Below, piece after piece: positions 15,534 to 24,700 of a stretch of 35,721 bases of DNA. This stretch comes from a virus (taxonomy: Duplodnaviria > Caudoviricetes), in the IMG/VR virus record IMGVR_UViG_3300037482_000205, positions 1 through 35,721 of that record; one strand, written 5' to 3'. The stretch's first letter is position 1, and each line of letters starts with the position of its first letter. A program made the position numbers and the translations under genes. A model generated the notes under the pieces. It ran no database searches. It saw only the letters and a list, made by a program, of their open reading frames with translations, and was not told the origin of the DNA.

Positions 15534-16609
15534 GCACAGCTCCCTGTACCGGATAGATCGTTTACCATCACCCAGGCGGCCGACCAACAGATGCAGAAAG
15601 CGCCGGAGGTGTCGGTGTATTGGTCGCCGTTCGCACATGCCGCGGGTGCGGTGGCGATGGTTCCAGGCCGAAGGATGGCGGCGCCGGTGCTGCCGGCTCC
15701 AAAGTCAACATATCTGCCGTTCGCGTCTACACGCAGGCGAAAGAGCCTCTGCACCGTCCAGGCAGTTTCGCCATCGTTCAAGATGCCGAACTCCAGCACC
15801 GCGTTGCCCGACCCGCCCGTGTTGCGTATCGTCCAGCGCTTGAGCCCGGTGCTCGCGGCGGATTGATAGATCTGAATGTCGGGCGGCCAGGTGCCGTCCC
15901 CTTGGAGGAATATGCGGTTGCGGGAGTCGGTGAAGGTGAAGTCCGCCCCCGCGGACTTCAGCAGCGCCCCGCCGGCTCCGTCGGCGAGCAGCAGGGCGTT
16001 GTCGACCGCCCCGGTCGAGCCGCCGATGCCGCCACCGCCGCTCGGCGTCGCGATGCAGCTCGGTACGCCGCTCGCCCCGTACTCGACGATCTCGTCAGGC
16101 CCGGCGCAGGCCGCCAGCTCATCCAGCCCCACGGAGTCGGCTGCCAGAGACAGCACGTCGAGCCCGCCGCTGAGGTCTCCGCCCACGGTGTCGCAGCCGC
16201 CCTCGCCGTCCTGGTAGGTCGAGGTCCCGGCGCAGTCTGGGGAGGGGCCGGTGTCGGTGGTGTGCTCGGCGTCCACCTCCTCGATCGCCGCCTGAACGTC
16301 CGCGGCGGCTACCCCGCCGGCTGGGGTGAACGGCACCTCGGCGGCGACCTGATCGTCGGTTCCGCCGGCCGCGAGCAGCGGCACCCAGGCAGTCCCGTCG
16401 CACCAGCACGGCGCCGGGGTCGCGCCGCCGCCGACGGTGCAGTCGACGGTGGTCAGCCCGTCGGTGGCGATGGCGAACCGTGGGCCGAAGGTGCCGCTGG
16501 CCTCGCAGGCGCCAAGCCCGTCCACCGGCCAGCGCGGAGGGTGGCGGATCTGCCCGGAGGCCGAGCCGGAAACGAGTAGGAGCAGCGCTACCGCTGCAGC
16601 AATTCTCAC
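15530..16609 (-). CDS. Tail-fibre/adhesin-like protein carrying a Sec signal peptide
   Basis: GTG 16609; MRIAAAVALLLLVSGSASG-Q; fibre-type motifs DDQVAAEVPFTP...DVQAAIEEV, GSTGAVDNALLLADG and APAACANGDQYTDTSG. Confidence 0.7.
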   Translation of the reverse strand: MRIAAAVALLLLVSGSASGQIRHPPRWPVDGLGACEASGTFGPRFAIATDGLTTVDCTVGGGATPAPCWCDGTAWVPLLAAGGTDDQVAAEVPFTPAGGVAAADVQAAIEEVDAEHTTDTGPSPDCAGTSTYQDGEGGCDTVGGDLSGGLDVLSLAADSVGLDELAACAGPDEIVEYGASGVPSCIATPSGGGGIGGSTGAVDNALLLADGAGGALLKSAGADFTFTDSRNRIFLQGDGTWPPDIQIYQSAASTGLKRWTIRNTGGSGNAVLEFGILNDGETAWTVQRLFRLRVDANGRYVDFGAGSTGAAILRPGTIATAPAACANGDQYTDTSGAFCICWSAAWVMVNDLSGTGSCA

Positions 16610-16663
16610 GGTCGTCAATCCTCGCAGAGCGGCGGTCCCTCTCGGACCGTTACGGGATTTCAG
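16610..16663 (-). promoter_or_regulatory. Conserved box plus extended -10 promoter, copy 3
   Basis: Minus strand: CTGAAATCCCGTAA, 23 nt, TGC-GAGGAT, 8 nt, GTG (16609); GAGGA could also act as RBS. Confidence 0.55.
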
Positions 16664-16671
16664 CGCGGACC

Positions 16672-16700
16672 TTGACTCGCGGATGCGCATGGTCTACACT
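16672..16700 (+). promoter_or_regulatory. Sigma70-type promoter for the antisense gene at 16824
   Basis: TTGACT (16672-16677), 17 nt, TACACT (16695-16700). Confidence 0.7.
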
Positions 16701-16742
16701 CGGGCTGTCGAGGCCGCTGCGATGCTCAACCCAACAACCTCT

Positions 16743-16800
16743 CCCGCCCGGCCGCTCGCGCGCAGCGGCCTCGACAACCGCTTGCGGGCGGCCGGGCGGG
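16743..16800. repeat. Long GC-rich hairpin in the 5' leader of the antisense gene
   Basis: CCCGCCCGGCCGCTCGCG pairs with TGCGGGCGGCCGGGCGGG (18 bp with two G-U pairs), plus inner AGCGG/CCGCT. Confidence 0.7.
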
Positions 16801-16823
16801 GGTTCTGACTGAGGGAGATCGTC

Positions 16824-17177
16824 ATGCGTACTGCCATGGTTGCTCTGCTACTCGCCATCTCGGCGGGCTTCTTCGCCCCCATCGGATCGCTCAGCGCGGA
16901 CGGGTCGATCGACGTCGCCAAGGCGCCGCCGCCCACCCCGGCCGGTATAACCTTCGGGGAGTTCTACCTGGAAGGCCGGGTCAACGGGTTCGCCATCGAA
17001 GATGGCGGCGCCGCCGGGTCGGTCACGGTGGCAGGAGTCGAGGTCACGGTTGACGGATTCCCCACGGTGGAGGCCGGGGGGTGCGTCGAGGTTACGGGCG
17101 TGGCCGTGTTCGACGGCGGCCACCTGATCAACCGGGTCACCTCCCCCGGGCACTTCGTCAGCGTCGCCTGCGAGTAG
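16824..17177 (+). CDS. Exported small beta protein, DUF5666/OB-fold-like (moron)
   Basis: GAGGGAG RBS; signal peptide MRTAMVALLLAISAGFF...; LEGRV...SVTVAGVEVTV...GGCVEVTG; two Cys. Confidence 0.65.
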   Translation: MRTAMVALLLAISAGFFAPIGSLSADGSIDVAKAPPPTPAGITFGEFYLEGRVNGFAIEDGGAAGSVTVAGVEVTVDGFPTVEAGGCVEVTGVAVFDGGHLINRVTSPGHFVSVACE

Positions 17178-17546
17178 CCCCACCGCCCCGGCGTCGAGCA
17201 CCTGTAGGCGCCGGGGCATCGCCCCTGACAGCGTCACCACCGCCCGCGCGATCTCCTGGTGATCCTCTCGGACCACGTTCGCCGAGCGGGCGAGATCCAT
17301 TCCGTAGGAGCGGAGGAACTTCGGCAGGTAGGCGCGACCGCACCCGAACACGGTCCTCGTCTGGCCGGTGTCCTCGTTCTCTTCCTTGATCTCCCACAGC
17401 CAGGTGCACCTCTCCGCCCTGATCTCGGCGGCGCGTGCTCGCATGCGCCCGGCGCTCGCGGCCGCCCCCACATCTTCGGCGAAGTCGGCCTGTAGGTCGA
17501 GCGCGTCGGCGGTCAGCCGGGCGGGACAGGTTGCGCAGACGTTCAT
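16848..17546 (-). CDS. Cys-containing protein downstream of the tail fibre, with a C-terminal extension antisense to 16824-17177
   Basis: ATG 17546 after GAGGAGG; CATCP...RCTWLWEI.....DTG......GCGRAYLP pattern resembles small proteins next to fibre genes; first stop is at 16848. Confidence 0.6.
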   Translation of the reverse strand: MNVCATCPARLTADALDLQADFAEDVGAAASAGRMRARAAEIRAERCTWLWEIKEENEDTGQTRTVFGCGRAYLPKFLRSYGMDLARSANVVREDHQEIARAVVTLSGAMPRRLQVLDAGAVGLLAGDADEVPGGGDPVDQVAAVEHGHARNLDAPPGLHRGESVNRDLDSCHRDRPGGAAIFDGEPVDPAFQVELPEGYTGRGGRRRLGDVDRPVRAERSDGGEEARRDGE

Positions 17547-17554
17547 GGGCCTCC

Positions 17555-18607
17555 TCAGCTCTTCTGGATCCACCCGGCCTTGTAGTAGGCGGGCCTCCAA
17601 GTGCCGTCCTGAGCGAAGGTGTGAGTGTGGGCGCTGCCGCTGCCGGTGCTCGCGGTGGCCGCGTCGTTCCCCACCTTCTGGGTGCCAGCGGTGTGCATGT
17701 CGATCGCGCCGGACGTCGTAAGGAACGAACCGCCGGCTGCCGGCGCGTGAGTGTGCGCAGGCATCTGAGCGATGCTGAGGGCGGTGTTCCCGATCGTCAC
17801 GCCCGAGACCGACCAGCTCCCGCCGGTATCGTCGATCTCGGAAGCCGTTGAGGTGGTGAGGATGATCTTTTCCGCGAGCGCCGCGACGATCGCCCATCCT
17901 GGCGGGATCGAGTTCGTTCCCCACAGGATGCGACCGCCGACCGGCAGCGCGATGTACGGATTCCCGGCCGCATCCTTGAGCCCCGCCGAGCTGAGCGACG
18001 CCCTGACCGACCCCGCCGTCAGGAACGACAGCACCTCCGTCGAGTGCGTGAAGAAGATCCGTGCGGCGTACTGATTGTCGGTGTCGCCGAAGTCGAGGTC
18101 TGAGACCCCGGTGTTTCCGGCGATGATCGCTGCCCGGCAAGTCGCGCCCGCGGTCCCGCTGTTCTGGACGACCAGTGGCGTCGAGCTGTCGGCCCCGAAC
18201 GGCGTCCCGGCGAGCTGAGCGCGCACCACTGAGGTAAACGTCTTCACCCCGGCGACAGTCTGATCGCCAAGCGTCAGAACCGCCAGCATGACGGGGTCGA
18301 TCACCAGGACGTCCCGGGTCCCGGCGCCCCAGCTCACGGCCGTAGCGTTCGGTTGGTGGACGGTGTCGCGGGTCAGCGTCTTGGCGGTGTTGTCCCAGGT
18401 GCCCAGCCCGATCTCGAGGACGACGTCTCCGACCACCGTGGTGTCCACGACGCAGTAGGCCACCTGGTCGGCGTCGGCCAAGTCGCCGTCCGCGACCGCC
18501 TGTGTGAGGTTGCGCCAGCCGTCGGAAGTCGGCTCGGTCAGCGTGTAGGTGCCGGAGCCTGCGGTAGCGGTAGCGGAACGAGTGCGAGCGGGTAATCGTA
18601 GCGCCAT
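17555..18607 (-). CDS. Tail fibre protein
   Basis: N-terminus MALRLPARTRSATATAGSGTYTL...EIGLGTW...TLTRDTV; C-terminal collar-like LPVGGRILW...IPPGW and TALSIAQMPAHTH...AHTH. Confidence 0.85.
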   Translation of the reverse strand: MALRLPARTRSATATAGSGTYTLTEPTSDGWRNLTQAVADGDLADADQVAYCVVDTTVVGDVVLEIGLGTWDNTAKTLTRDTVHQPNATAVSWGAGTRDVLVIDPVMLAVLTLGDQTVAGVKTFTSVVRAQLAGTPFGADSSTPLVVQNSGTAGATCRAAIIAGNTGVSDLDFGDTDNQYAARIFFTHSTEVLSFLTAGSVRASLSSAGLKDAAGNPYIALPVGGRILWGTNSIPPGWAIVAALAEKIILTTSTASEIDDTGGSWSVSGVTIGNTALSIAQMPAHTHAPAAGGSFLTTSGAIDMHTAGTQKVGNDAATASTGSGSAHTHTFAQDGTWRPAYYKAGWIQKS

Positions 18608-18615
18608 CTATCCTC

Positions 18616-19446
18616 CTAGTCGGCCATGGGGATCGGCCCCAACTCCGACACCTCGAACGTTACCGCCCAGCGGTTGAATGATGTTGCGTTGATGATCTGA
18701 GGCTCTTTGACCCGGCCCAAGTAGGTGACCTCCATGTGGGCGACGTCGTCGGTCTTGTCGAGCACGATCGCGACGTCGTGATGCGAGCCGAGCCACAGCA
18801 TCATGCGGTAGAAGACGATTGCCTCGGCCTTCGTCGCCCATGCGAAGGTAGCGCCCACGGCCCGCTTCGTGCCGCGCGGCCGGGGGCTTTCCTCGCCTCC
18901 GAAGTCCACCGTCTCGGCTACCGCCTCCGCAGCGGTCAGCGCTGCGGGGTAGATCACCGGATGCGCGGGCTCGACCCGCTCGCCAAGGATCAGGCGACCA
19001 GCGCGGACGAAGCCGTCGGGGTTGCCGCCGAAGTTGAAGTCCACCCGCCACCATCGCAACGTGTAGTAGGTAGCATCCAGCTCGAAATGCCGGTGATGGA
19101 GATCGTAGGCCGAAAGATCAGAACCCGTCGGCCAAGCCGTGACCCCCGACGGGTGGTCGTTGTCGGAATCGTAGGTCGGCGCCGCGGTGAGGTTGGCTTC
19201 GGTGTCGGCGCCGCGGAGGCGGAAGACGTCGCCGCTCACCCCGTTCAGGTAGCCGATCAAGAGGGTGTCCACCGGCTTCGCGCTGCCGAGGTCGACCAGC
19301 ACTGCAGGGTTATCCACCTGGCTTTGCCAGAGCTGCGACGGCCGCGGGAGCAGTAGATTGGTCGCGGAGGTCCCGGCGGCGTTATCGCTCGCCGAGATCG
19401 TGGCGGAGTCGCTGCCGCGGGGCGAGAGGACGAAAGAGTTACCCAC
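18616..19446 (-). CDS. Minor tail / tail-tip protein
   Basis: Position between hub-like gene and fibre; NLLLPRPSQLW...VDLGS...RWWRVDF..NPDGFVRAGRLILG. Confidence 0.7.
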   Translation of the reverse strand: MGNSFVLSPRGSDSATISASDNAAGTSATNLLLPRPSQLWQSQVDNPAVLVDLGSAKPVDTLLIGYLNGVSGDVFRLRGADTEANLTAAPTYDSDNDHPSGVTAWPTGSDLSAYDLHHRHFELDATYYTLRWWRVDFNFGGNPDGFVRAGRLILGERVEPAHPVIYPAALTAAEAVAETVDFGGEESPRPRGTKRAVGATFAWATKAEAIVFYRMMLWLGSHHDVAIVLDKTDDVAHMEVTYLGRVKEPQIINATSFNRWAVTFEVSELGPIPMAD

Positions 19447-21700
19447 AGAGCGTTACCTCGACGGTGTCGGCCTCGGCGTTCGTCCCGCCGGTTTCATCGA
19501 CAGCGACCACCCAGCAGGATTTTCCCGCCGATAGACCGTATCGGCTCCAGACCAGGCTGGACAGCGTGCCGACGTAGTGCGCCAGCGCCCCCTGCTTGAG
19601 GCGCAGCGGATAGAGGCGGGGCTTGAGCGCCAGCCAGTCCAGAATGCGCTGCGCCTCAGCGCGGGCGTCGGCCTTGGTATCGAAAGCGGAGTGGATCTCC
19701 AGGACGGCGGCATCGTCCGGCAGGTCGAAAAAGTTGGAGGCGCGACGCGATCCCCAGCGGATGTCCTTGCCGAAGTCGTCGCGCACGGCGGCATCAACGC
19801 CGGTTGCCACCTGTTCGGGGTCGAGCGTCTGATGGTAGGGACGATACGAGACCCTGACCTCTCTGGGTAGCACGGAGATCGGCGTCGACGGCAGCGACTC
19901 GACGTTGTCGCTGTCAACGTCGAATGTAACCGTTGGGGTCAGCCCGTCGGGGTCGCCGATGCGGCCGACCTCCCAAGCGGAGGCTCTGTTCATCACCGCC
20001 CAGCACATCGCGCCCGCCATCACTCTATGCAGGATCTCGGCGCGGCTGGCCTCTTCGTCGAAGTAGTAGCCAACCACCGCCGGCTGCGCTGTCTCAAGCG
20101 CGTTGAAGGTCGTCAGCACCAGATCGTCGAGCCCGGTGTAGCCGCAACGTTCGGTCAGGATCTTGCGGGCGATGCCGGACACCGTGTCCTGATAGCCCAG
20201 CGTGCCGGAGTTGTCGCCGCGAACGTCACAGGTGATCCGCCCCTCGTGCTCGGTTCCGCTGACGTTCATGCGGATGTAGGTGCCGACGGCGGTACGCGCT
20301 ACGTTGTAGGTGCCGGCCGACGGCAGACCGCCGTCGAAGATGTCGGCGACATCTGAGCCGAGCGTGAAGTCGTCGCCGTTGACCCTGACGGCGTCGATCG
20401 CCTCGCACGAACGGGTGTGCACCTGCCAGATGCCGCGCTGCGGATCGACCAGGACCGGGCCGACCTGCCGGCGCAGTCCGTAGGCGTCGGGCTTCACTCG
20501 CCCGGCGGTTGCGGCGTCGCCCTCCAACGATCCGATCCACGTCGCTCCAGTGATCGTACCGGTGAGTCCGTTGCCGCTGGAATCGAGAGCTGAGCCCCCG
20601 GAACCCTCGTTGTACTTGCTATAGAGGTCGAGCCCTCCCTCCGAACCCTCAAGCTCGCCGAAGGCATCGTCTGCGATGGCGATCTGACCGCGAACGGCGT
20701 TCCACATTCTAAAATCGTCGAGGTCGCCGTCCATCACGACTCCGCCGTCTCCGCGAGCGCCCACGCGCAACGATTCCGCGTTCGCCAGTGTGCCGATGGC
20801 AGCGATGGAGGAGGACGTCGCCCGCAGCTCGCCGTCGGCGTATGAGCGCACCACCTGCAGTGCGCGGTCGACCACCATCGCGATGCGGTGCCACTTGCCG
20901 TCCCAGATGGCGGCGTCGGAAAAGAAAGCGGTCGCGGCAGTAGCACCGTCGCCGACCTGACAGGAGATTCCGTTCGCGGTATCGGTGAAGCACAGCCATC
21001 CGGCGCTCGCGCCGGACAGCTTCTTCCCCATCAACGTCTTGAACCCGCCGGTGCTGGTCATCCGCACCAGGATCTCCGCGGTGAACGAGTCGCCCGCCCC
21101 CTTGTCCAGCACATCGCCGTAGTCGACCCGATCGCCTGAGCCGTCGAAGCGCAGGCACGCCCCCGTCCCCATGAACAGCTCTTCGGCGAACCGCTTCCCC
21201 ATGGCGAACGCCTGGTCGCGCAGGATGACGGTGATGGTGTCGGGATCGAAGACGATTTCCTTGCTCACCCCGTTCAGGATGCGGGTGAAGCGCGCGATGT
21301 CCTGCTGCCCGCGCGTGCCCCGCGGTCCGAGGTAGATCTCTGCGGAAGCGCCTAGCCACTCGATCCCGGCATGAGCGTCGTACTGCCCGACGGGGTTCTT
21401 GACCACGACGTTCGAGGGGCGGGTGCGGGCAAGTCCCGCAAACTCCGGCGCCTGCAGGGCCACGCCGAACGAGTAGGGCGACGGCAACGCCGACTCAAAC
21501 TGCCGGCCGTCGGTGAACACCGACTCGCTGGCGACGTCGAGCGGATCGACGTCGACCGCCGACGCACCCGATCGGAACAGGTAGATGCGTGGAACAGACG
21601 GATCCTGCAGCAGCCCCGGGAGAGGGTCGGCTACCGAGAACGGGTCGAGGTCGCCCACCCCGCCGGCGTAGGGGACCTCGGCGATGCCGGCGCCGATCAT
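19439..21700 (-). CDS. Tail tip/hub protein with inserted LamG domain
   Basis: Follows the TMP; LamG motifs CLRFDGSGDRV...FTAE...DGKWHRIAMV...YADG...DGDLDDFRMWN; GRVKPDAYG..RQV.PVLVD. Confidence 0.8.
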   Translation of the reverse strand: MIGAGIAEVPYAGGVGDLDPFSVADPLPGLLQDPSVPRIYLFRSGASAVDVDPLDVASESVFTDGRQFESALPSPYSFGVALQAPEFAGLARTRPSNVVVKNPVGQYDAHAGIEWLGASAEIYLGPRGTRGQQDIARFTRILNGVSKEIVFDPDTITVILRDQAFAMGKRFAEELFMGTGACLRFDGSGDRVDYGDVLDKGAGDSFTAEILVRMTSTGGFKTLMGKKLSGASAGWLCFTDTANGISCQVGDGATAATAFFSDAAIWDGKWHRIAMVVDRALQVVRSYADGELRATSSSIAAIGTLANAESLRVGARGDGGVVMDGDLDDFRMWNAVRGQIAIADDAFGELEGSEGGLDLYSKYNEGSGGSALDSSGNGLTGTITGATWIGSLEGDAATAGRVKPDAYGLRRQVGPVLVDPQRGIWQVHTRSCEAIDAVRVNGDDFTLGSDVADIFDGGLPSAGTYNVARTAVGTYIRMNVSGTEHEGRITCDVRGDNSGTLGYQDTVSGIARKILTERCGYTGLDDLVLTTFNALETAQPAVVGYYFDEEASRAEILHRVMAGAMCWAVMNRASAWEVGRIGDPDGLTPTVTFDVDSDNVESLPSTPISVLPREVRVSYRPYHQTLDPEQVATGVDAAVRDDFGKDIRWGSRRASNFFDLPDDAAVLEIHSAFDTKADARAEAQRILDWLALKPRLYPLRLKQGALAHYVGTLSSLVWSRYGLSAGKSCWVVAVDETGGTNAEADTVEVTLCG

Positions 21701-24700
21701 GATGCTCTCGCCCCGTACTCGGCGTGTGCCTCGGCGAGGAAGCGGGCGTTCTGGTCGATCGCGCGGCGCTGCTGTTCGGCGAGGTTGTCGATGCTGGCCT
21801 TGATGGCGCGCTGGGTGTGGAGCTGGGCCGAGGCGACGATGCCCAAGTCCACCAGCCCAGCCGCCGGCTGCTGGCCGGCGATCACCGGCGCCGCCGCGGC
21901 CGCCCCGACCGCCGGCCCACCGCCGAAGCGGTTGCCACCGTCGAGCACGCGGCTTGGGGCGAGGGCGGAGGGCGGCGCGCCGCCGAGCCCGAGAAGTCGC
22001 TGGATCTCGGCGAGGATGCGCGGCGATTCCAAGGCCAGCAGCTCCGGCGAGTAGTCGCCCAGAACGTCGAGAAAGTCGCGCGCCACCCCCGACAGAGCTT
22101 CCCGGGCTTCCAGGTCGCCGGCCTGGGCGCGTGCCAGCGTGTCGCGATAGCGCGACTCGGCGAAGGCCAGCGCCTGCTGTGGGGAAACCGCGGCGCCCAC
22201 CTCGCCGAGGGACAGGTCGTCCACCAGGTCGCGTAGCGACTCGTTGGCCCGCTCGAGGCGGCGCTGCATCTCTTCCAGCGCCCGGGCGGCATCGCTGGCG
22301 GCGGAGTCGAGGCGGTTGAAGGCCGGCGGCGGGGACGCGGTCGGCGGGCTCAGCAGGCTTGGATCGAACTCCAGCGCCGCGATCTCCGCCGCCAGTCCGC
22401 CGAGCTGGTCGAAGATCGCCAGCTCCAGCCCGTACTTCTCCTGTGCCAGCTCCAGCTCGGCGATGGCGACCAGCAGGCCCGCCTGGTCGATCTGGAAGCG
22501 GAGACGCGCCACCTCCTCCTCCCGGCCGAGGAAGGTCAGAGCCTGCAGCAGGACGTCCTGGGCGCGCTGCTCGACCTGTGCGAAGCGGGCGGCCTCGGCG
22601 TTCGCCTCCAGGGCAGCGCTTGCCTCGGCGATGGCGTCCGCGCTCATCAGCCCGGCCTCGCCCAGCATCGCCAGCTCGGCGGCGAGGGTGGCCACCTGGT
22701 CGTCGATCGCGGCCAGCGAGTCCGTCAGCGCCCCGGCCGACGGTGCCAGAGCGTCGATGCGGCCGATCAGGTCGTCAACCAGCGCCTGACCCATGGCGTC
22801 GACGGCGGCAGTCGCGCGGGCGAGGAGGTCGGCGTACTCGGCGGCCGACAGCTTGCCGTCGTTCAGCTCGGCGGTGAGGTCTGGGATGATGTCGCCGAGG
22901 GAGAGCAGTTCCTCCTGGAACGGGTCGAGCACGCCGCGCTCCAGCCCTTCGACCTGGTCGCGCAGACCCTCTCTAGTGCGCTCCTGCTGCTCGCGGCGAC
23001 CACGACGGCCACCGCCTCCACCCCCGCTGAAGGCCGGGATGTCGGTCGGCAGCAGCCCGAGCTGCGCCTCGATCCCGGCGATCTGCGCAGCGATGTCCTG
23101 CGCCTGCCGCATCAGGGTGTCGATCACGGCCTGCGGCAGGCGGGTTGTACCTTCCAGGTAGCGCTGGATCAGCCCCTGCACTCGCACCAGCTCGGCCTGG
23201 GCGGCGGCCAGCGCCGCCTCGAGCTGGGCGCGCTGGTTGGCGATTTCGTCAGCCAGCTGCTGATGTTCCTCCGGCGTGGTCGCGTTGCGCAGCGCCTCCA
23301 GTAGATCATCGCCAGCCTTCTTGATCAGGGGGTCGGGGTCGATACCCAACTCGATGGCCCGCTCGATCTCCCTCGAAACCTTGTCGAACAGGTCCATGAA
23401 GAAGGCGCGCACTGGCCCCATGTCGAGACGGGCGATATCCATTGCCAAGGCAAGATCGCGGGTCAGCTCTTCGATGGTCGTGGCCGACGTATGCGCCAGC
23501 GCTTGAAGCACCTGTTCTGGAACGCCGCTGAACTCGGCGGTCTTGAGCAGCCACGTCGTTGCCAGGTCGAGCGCTTCCGCCACGCTGTCGACCTGAACGT
23601 TCATGATCTCGCCGATACGCAGCCAGACCTCGCCGTTTGCGCGGGTCTTGATCTCTATCTTTTCGGTGCTCTCGATCGTCCCGGAGACCAGCTCCTCGAT
23701 CCGGGAGAACGCCTCATTGATCGCTTTGACGCTACCCTCTAGAGCGTTGATGCCGAGCTGCGTTCCTCCGACCTGGAACTCTGTCTGCCCGGTGACGGCA
23801 TCCGCGCTGCCAGAGTCGATCCACCCGCCGAGAGCGCCACCTAGGGCACCGCCTATCGCCGCACCATAAGGCCCCCAGATGGAACCAATGATAGTGCCCA
23901 TGGAGCCGATCCAACTCTCGGCCGAGATCTCCGTGTCGTTGATCAGGCTGTCAAAAACACTTCCAATCATCGACCCCAGGGCGGATAGCGCAGCCTCCAA
24001 CGCTTCATTCAAACCAGCGCCCATCTTGACGCCGATGGCTTCGCCGAGACTGGCAAAGGAACCCGCCAGATCGCCCACGGACATGTCATCGAAAGCGCGG
24101 GCTAGCAGGAACTCAAACTCGACGGACACCCGCTCGGCTTCCCGCTGGATCTCCTCCTGCTCCGTGATCAGATCTTCGGTAACCCACGGCTCGTGCTCTG
24201 GAATCGTCGATGGCGGCGGCTCAATCCTTGAAAGGTCGACCTCGCCGCCCAGCTGGTGGAGCACCCTTCGGAGGTTGACCTCCAACTCCAGTTCCTCGAC
24301 AATCCCTTCCAGCTCTTCGCGATACTCCTTGGATTCCGAGAGCAGCTCCCGCACCCTGTCCTTGTACTCGCGGGCGGCCTCGGCGGCGGCCTTCTTGGCG
24401 GCGGCTGCATCGTGGGTGGTGCCCACGGTCCTTTCCAGGGTGCCTTCCAGCTCGGCGAGCTCGCGCTCCAGCTCGGGCAGCGTCTTTCCGGTGCCCTCCA
24501 GCTCCTCTCGCCACGCCTTCTCGTTCTCTGCGGCGATCCCCAGCGTGGTTGCCAGTTCGCCCACCTCTGCGCCGGTCGTGGCGGCATGAGCGGCAACCAT
24601 GCCGAGCACGCCACCCAGCGGGGCCAGAGTCTGAATCAGCTTCAGTAGGGTTTTGGGCTCGCCAAGCCCCACCAGCTTGACCAGCGACGCCACGATTTCG

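Noticed and set aside
12332-16663. The 14-bp box as a Xer/dif or invertase recombination site
   Set aside because: TTATGGGATTT loosely resembles a XerD arm, but there is no inverted partner arm, no recombinase in the window, and the fixed spacing to -10 boxes fits a promoter element better.
14562-18607. Diversity-generating retroelement or invertible tail-fibre cassette
   Set aside because: No reverse transcriptase, no TR/VR repeat pair and no invertase seen.
23300-24400. Apparently more AT-rich segment inside the tape measure gene
   Set aside because: Only an impression by eye; the frame is intact and there are no intron, intein or mobile-element signatures.
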